A DNA stretch of 64,000 nt from Gemmatimonadaceae bacterium (GTDB lineage Bacteria > Gemmatimonadota > Gemmatimonadetes > Gemmatimonadales > Gemmatimonadaceae). A program made the translations under genes and the position numbers. Shown here one piece after another: positions 59,320 through 64,000 of this stretch. The DNA lies in contig JBHYGA010000001.1 of the NCBI GenBank assembly GCA_051859245.1, forward strand, positions 512,001 through 576,000, read 5' to 3'. Every line of letters starts with the position of its first letter. Positions within the stretch are counted from its first letter, which is position 1. The notes beneath the pieces were generated by a model. That model was not told where the DNA came from. It saw only the letters and a program-made list of their open reading frames with translations, and searched no databases.

Positions 59320-60489
59320 CTACTTGCTGAGCGCGTAGTGCACGATGGAGACGAGATCATCGTCGTCGATCACTGCGAGCCAGAGGGACATGCCGCGCGC
59401 TTTGACCGGCATGCCGTACGTGAGTTTTCCCGGAATCGTCACGCGTGCAACATGCGCACCTTTCGCGTCATGGACATCAAATACGGTTGTGTTGAGACCG
59501 AAGACGGCGGTGTGCTGTATCCAGAGTCTGCCGTCGTCGTCAACCGAAAGACCGGCAATGCCGGGTTTCTGCACAGGAATCTTGGCTGGGTCGAAGTCTG
59601 ATGTTTTGTAGGTCGACAAGCGTTGCCGAATTAACGCTATCTGCTCATCGCGCTCCGCTTTGCTAACCGGCAGGGGCGGTATGCGCACGCTGGTTCGCGC
59701 CAGTGTATCGCGCTTACCGAACGGCAGTAATGCTACGAAGGTAGACTGCGGACCAGCGCACCAGATCGCGCTTTGCCCGTTCGCGGCCACACCGCCGCCG
59801 GTAGTGAACGGATACTGGCCCCCAGTTGAGCCAACGCCAGGTGTCTCCGCCCGGTAAATGCTTCGCACGGCGGGCTCACTGCACGTGGGTGCGTCGAAGC
59901 TCCCGCGGTCCACGCCGGTCGCATCAACACGACGCCACACTCGCCCGTCTGAACCACCTTCTGCGACGATTGTGGCATCGATCATTTCGCGTGTTGCGGC
60001 GTTGTAGAAGCCGCCCCATCGATACGAGTATCCGGCGATCGGCAGCACGTGTTGTCGAGCAAAGGTACCGCTGGTGTTGAATACCGTGAGTCGACCGTTC
60101 GATGGATCATTCACCCACACGGTACCATCGCCTGCTACCGCCATGCCGTTGGCGTTGCGAAGCTCGCCCGGCCCACTGCCTCTGCGACTCACCTTGCCAA
60201 GCGGCGCGCCACTCGACGAGTAGCGCCAGATCTGTTGCTCTTTGAAATCCAGCACCCAGAGCGATTGATCGCGCAGCACGACGAAATCACGAACCTGACC
60301 AAAACCCTCGCCGGCCTCCGTGCCGTCCACGCGCCATCGTTCGGTTGCTTTCCAGCTGGCCAACGCGGACTGCACCGAAGCAATGGTGCTCATTGAAAAC
60401 ACGGCCGCAGCAAGCGGCAGTGTATACATCGCGAGAAACCTTGCAGCGACTCGTCGTGCGGATTGGTAGCGCGCACTGCGATCAATCAC
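59320..60489 (-). CDS. 6-bladed beta-propeller protein
   Basis: RRGSGPGEL, VWVNDPSNGRL, VDDDGRLWI. Confidence 0.78.
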   Translation of the reverse strand: MIDRSARYQSARRVAARFLAMYTLPLAAAVFSMSTIASVQSALASWKATERWRVDGTEAGEGFGQVRDFVVLRDQSLWVLDFKEQQIWRYSSSGAPLGKVSRRGSGPGELRNANGMAVAGDGTVWVNDPSNGRLTVFNTSGTFARQHVLPIAGYSYRWGGFYNAATREMIDATIVAEGGSDGRVWRRVDATGVDRGSFDAPTCSEPAVRSIYRAETPGVGSTGGQYPFTTGGGVAANGQSAIWCAGPQSTFVALLPFGKRDTLARTSVRIPPLPVSKAERDEQIALIRQRLSTYKTSDFDPAKIPVQKPGIAGLSVDDDGRLWIQHTAVFGLNTTVFDVHDAKGAHVARVTIPGKLTYGMPVKARGMSLWLAVIDDDDLVSIVHYALSK

Positions 60490-60683
60490 GGTAGCCTCCG
60501 GGGCAAGAAAGTCTCGAGGCTCGCGCGATGGCAGAGCCGAAGTGGCGTGCTACGGATTCTTCCGTATCCTGCCGATTCGCACGCGCGCTGTCAACACAAT
60601 TGGAGACGGTGCCGCGCAGAAGTTTTGCGTGCGAGCCTCGGTTGAGATAACTCTCAGATACGACCTCCCACAATCACTTGATC

Positions 60684-62513
60684 ATGCGCCTGCCAACGTC
60701 CGTTTGTTTTCTCGCCGCCGCGATGCTTTCCGCCGCGTGTGCGCGCCCTGCCGCTTCTCCGTCCATTCCGCTCTCGGGCAAGCGCGCCGAGGGACGCACT
60801 GGTATGGTGTCGTCATCACAGCAGCAAGCAACCATGGCGGGCGTGACTGTGTTGCGCGCCGGTGGCAACGCCGTGGACGCCGCGGTTGCGACCGCGTTTG
60901 CACTCTCTGTTGTTGACCCATCACAAACCGGACTCGGCGGAGGCGGCGCGGCCACGGTGTGGATGGCGCGCGATCGACGCGTTGACCATCTCTCATTTTA
61001 CGGTCGCGCCGGTGAACGCGAGGAATGGGCAAAACCCGACACCGGCGGGCGCGGACCGGAGAGTGCGGGACGCGGCGCTGCAACACCCGGCATGGTGAGT
61101 GGACTGCTCACGTTGCATGCGAAGTACGGCAAACTGTCGCGCAGCGATGTAATCGCACCGGCGCTCGCGTTGGCACGCAACGGATTTGAGGTGTCACCGC
61201 TGTTATCGCGCACGATCACCTCGGCGCGCGATCGTGTGAAAGACGAACCGCACGCGGCGGCGCGTTTCATGCCCAACGGCGAGCCACTCCGCCCTGGTGA
61301 ACTATTGGTGCAACCCGAACTCGCCGCACTGCTTGAGCTCATTGCGGTGGCCGGTGAAGACGCGTTCTATCGCAGTGCGTTTGCGGAACGTCTGGCCTAT
61401 CACGTGCAGGAACGTGGTGGACTGATCACCGAGAAGGATATGGCGGACTACAAGAGCACCTGGATGCGTCCATTGTGCACGGTGTGGCGCGGCTACACGG
61501 TGCTCGGCGCACCGCCGCCAATGGGTGGCGCCGCGGTGCTCGCCATGTTGCACCTTGCCGAACAGAGTGGCCTCACACGCGGCAGCGGTTATACCGAAAC
61601 ACCCGCAACGGCCGCGAGTTTAGCGCAGGTCATTCGCATTGCGCAGGTTGACGCCAATCGGTGGCGCGGTGATCCCGCTGTCATGAGTGTTCCGGCACGT
61701 GGCACCAGCAGTGCGGCGTATGCGGCGCAGCGCGCGTCGCTGCTCAACGCACCGGTAACTGACACGTTGCGCGCCGGCGATCCGTGGAGCGCAGATGCAG
61801 CGCCCACGCCAGCGGAGTGTTCGGCGCTCGATGCGTATGCGGCGTCAGCGCGACCGGCGGGCGGCACAAACGGTGCGCTCTCGTTGACCGGTGCACGCAA
61901 CACCACAGCGCCTGAACACGGCGATGTCGCGTTGAACGGCGCGCAGGTGTCGTTCGTGGAATCACCGTCAGACGACAGCAGCTTCACGTCACATCTCAGC
62001 GTTGTTGACGAAGACGGCAACGCCGTGGCTATGACCACAACGGTTGGTGTGCTGTTTGGCTCGGGTGTGTGGTCTGACGGTGTGTGGCTCAACTCGGTGG
62101 GTCGCAACTTCGATGCGCGCACACGCGGCACGAATCGCTACAGCAACTCCACGATGGCGCCTACCATTTTGCTGGACGGCAACAACGTGCGCCTGGTGGT
62201 CGGAGCCGCCGGTTCGCAGTACATCCAGCCGGCCACCACGCAGGTCACCATCCGCATGCTGGCATTTGGCGAAGACGCCGGAATGGCCCTCTCGGCGCCA
62301 CGCATTCACCCCACCTACACCTCGCGCGAAGTCGAGGTGGAGCCAGGGTTCTCGCCGGCCGTGTACGGGGCGCTCGTGCAGCGTGGCTTCAAGCCGCTGT
62401 CGCGCGTGGGTGACATTCTGTTCGGCGGCGTGCACGCCGTGTACGTGGCCCCGGACGGCCGTCGCATTGGCGCCGCCGACATCCGGCGCGACGGATTTAC
62501 GGCCAGCCAATAA
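60684..62513 (+). CDS. ggt: Gamma-glutamyltransferase family protein
   Basis: GGNAVDAAVATAFAL, GLGGGG, TSHLSVVDEDGN, GAADIRR. Confidence 0.88.
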   Translation: MRLPTSVCFLAAAMLSAACARPAASPSIPLSGKRAEGRTGMVSSSQQQATMAGVTVLRAGGNAVDAAVATAFALSVVDPSQTGLGGGGAATVWMARDRRVDHLSFYGRAGEREEWAKPDTGGRGPESAGRGAATPGMVSGLLTLHAKYGKLSRSDVIAPALALARNGFEVSPLLSRTITSARDRVKDEPHAAARFMPNGEPLRPGELLVQPELAALLELIAVAGEDAFYRSAFAERLAYHVQERGGLITEKDMADYKSTWMRPLCTVWRGYTVLGAPPPMGGAAVLAMLHLAEQSGLTRGSGYTETPATAASLAQVIRIAQVDANRWRGDPAVMSVPARGTSSAAYAAQRASLLNAPVTDTLRAGDPWSADAAPTPAECSALDAYAASARPAGGTNGALSLTGARNTTAPEHGDVALNGAQVSFVESPSDDSSFTSHLSVVDEDGNAVAMTTTVGVLFGSGVWSDGVWLNSVGRNFDARTRGTNRYSNSTMAPTILLDGNNVRLVVGAAGSQYIQPATTQVTIRMLAFGEDAGMALSAPRIHPTYTSREVEVEPGFSPAVYGALVQRGFKPLSRVGDILFGGVHAVYVAPDGRRIGAADIRRDGFTASQ

Positions 62514-62530
62514 TCTGATTTGGGTCAGGG

Positions 62531-62565
62531 TTGACTTTATTTTTAGTCCCTGCTAAAAATCTGGG
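62531..62565 (+). promoter_or_regulatory. mntH promoter with MntR/DtxR-type palindrome
   Basis: TTGACT at 62531; ATTTTTAG-N6-CTAAAAAT at 62539-62560; GTG start at 62566. Confidence 0.78.
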
Positions 62566-63987
62566 GTGACTAAACCACAAGACTCCGACCCAGTCGTACC
62601 ACTCGCGCCACCATCGCCGCCGCCGGGCACACCGGCGGCCCCGCCGCTGGCGGTCGGCAGCCCGGATGCCGGATGGCAGCGCGCCCGCATTGCACCGTCC
62701 CTCGCCGAGGTCTATCGCTCGGTTCCGGTCAACAAGGCCACAGCGTTTCGTAAACTGCTCGCCTTCGCCGGACCGGGTTACCTGGTGGCTGTGGGCTACA
62801 TGGACCCGGGCAACTGGGCCACAGGCATCGCCGGCGGTTCACGATTCGGCTATGCGCTGCTGAGCGTGATCCTGTTGTCGAACCTGATGGCGGTGTTGCT
62901 GCAGGGACTCGCGGCGAAACTCGGCATCGTAACGGGGCGAGATCTCGCACAGGCCTGTCGCGATCACTACTCCAAGCCCGTTGCCATGGCGCTTTGGGTG
63001 TTGTGCGAAATCGCCATCGCAGCGTGCGACCTGGCCGAGGTGATTGGTTCCGCCATCGCCATCAACTTGTTGTTCGGCATACCGCTCCCCTGGGGCATCG
63101 CGATTACGGCGCTCGATGTGCTGCTTGTGTTGTACTTGCAGAATCGGGGCTTCCGCTATCTCGAAGCGCTGGTGATTTCGCTGGTGGCGGTGATCGGTGG
63201 ATGTTTCGCCTTTGAGTTGTTTGCGTCGCGCCCCGACGCGCTGCTCGTGGCCAAGGGATTCATTCCGAGTACGGACATCATCAGCAATCCCACCATGTTG
63301 TATCTCGCGATGGGCATTCTGGGTGCCACGGTGATGCCGCACAACTTGTATCTGCATTCGTCGGTGGTGCAGACGCGCAAGTACGAACTGAACGCCGAAG
63401 GGAAGCGCGAGGCCGTACGCTTTGCGTTTCTCGACAGCACGATCGCATTGACGGTCGCGCTGTTTATCAATGCATCCATTCTGATTGTTGCCGCGGCCAC
63501 ATTTCATACCACCGGCAACACGGAAGTCGCCGAAATTCAGGACGCGTACAAGCTGCTCACGCCGCTGCTCGGCGTTGGTGCGGCCAGCACGGTGTTTGCA
63601 CTCGCGCTGCTCGCGTCCGGCCAGAGCTCCACCCTCACCGGCACCCTCGCTGGCCAGATTGTGATGGAGGGCTTTCTTGAGCTGCGTATTCGTCCGTGGC
63701 TACGCCGACTCATCACACGCATGATTGCGATTGTGCCGGCCGCAACCGTGGCGATATTGTATGGAGAGAGCGGCACGGCGAAGTTGCTGGTGTTCAGTCA
63801 GGTCGTGCTCAGCTTACAGCTGTCGTTTGCCGTGTTCCCGCTGGTTCGGTTTACCTCGGACAAGCAAAAAATGGGCGAGTTTGTGAACTCAACTCTGCTC
63901 AAGGGGACCGCGTATGTCGTGGCGACGTTGATCGCCGCACTCAATGTGTGGTTGCTCATTCAGACGTTCAATGAAATACGCGGCTGA
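62566..63987 (+). CDS. mntH: Nramp-family Mn2+/Fe2+ transporter
   Basis: [32 protein letters not shown]. Confidence 0.95.
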   Translation: MTKPQDSDPVVPLAPPSPPPGTPAAPPLAVGSPDAGWQRARIAPSLAEVYRSVPVNKATAFRKLLAFAGPGYLVAVGYMDPGNWATGIAGGSRFGYALLSVILLSNLMAVLLQGLAAKLGIVTGRDLAQACRDHYSKPVAMALWVLCEIAIAACDLAEVIGSAIAINLLFGIPLPWGIAITALDVLLVLYLQNRGFRYLEALVISLVAVIGGCFAFELFASRPDALLVAKGFIPSTDIISNPTMLYLAMGILGATVMPHNLYLHSSVVQTRKYELNAEGKREAVRFAFLDSTIALTVALFINASILIVAAATFHTTGNTEVAEIQDAYKLLTPLLGVGAASTVFALALLASGQSSTLTGTLAGQIVMEGFLELRIRPWLRRLITRMIAIVPAATVAILYGESGTAKLLVFSQVVLSLQLSFAVFPLVRFTSDKQKMGEFVNSTLLKGTAYVVATLIAALNVWLLIQTFNEIRG

Positions 63988-64000
63988 CCTTTCTCCCGTG

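Noticed and set aside
1..64000. CRISPR array, tRNA or rRNA genes
   Set aside because: No regularly spaced identical repeats, no cas genes, and no recognisable structural RNA genes seen by eye

Overview
GC-rich bacterial chromosomal window; gene content and style suggest Gemmatimonadota (Gemmatimonas-like), which is an inference. The main feature is a degenerate integron at ~6.1-14.8 kb: four attC sites on the minus strand, a putative attI, and a truncated IntI whose catalytic Tyr is replaced by Phe and which is co-oriented with the cassettes rather than divergent. Its cargo looks like anti-phage defence: a Zn-ribbon/nucleoside-deoxyribosyltransferase-like protein, a 1550-aa nuclease-STAND (Avs4-like) gene with its own promoter beside an hsdR relic, a TIR protein and a papain-like orphan. 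Next come a HigBA-type TA pair and a DsbA / 8-Cys secreted peptide / secreted protein / beta-propeller lipoprotein cluster. That cluster has a G10 tract in its promoter and is bracketed by a duplicated imuB 3' end. imuA and imuB lie ~22.6 kb apart yet share a 17-bp TTCGG-N6-TTCGG upstream box (candidate LexA operator). The rest is accessory and housekeeping genes: VapBC, multicopper oxidase, a Ytr-type ABC system, ECF/Ser-Thr kinase, an ECF/anti-sigma/DUF4097 operon, an MTase+SNF2 helicase pair, GGT and mntH. Many genes have apparently leaderless promoters. All family calls come from motif recognition, not database searches.
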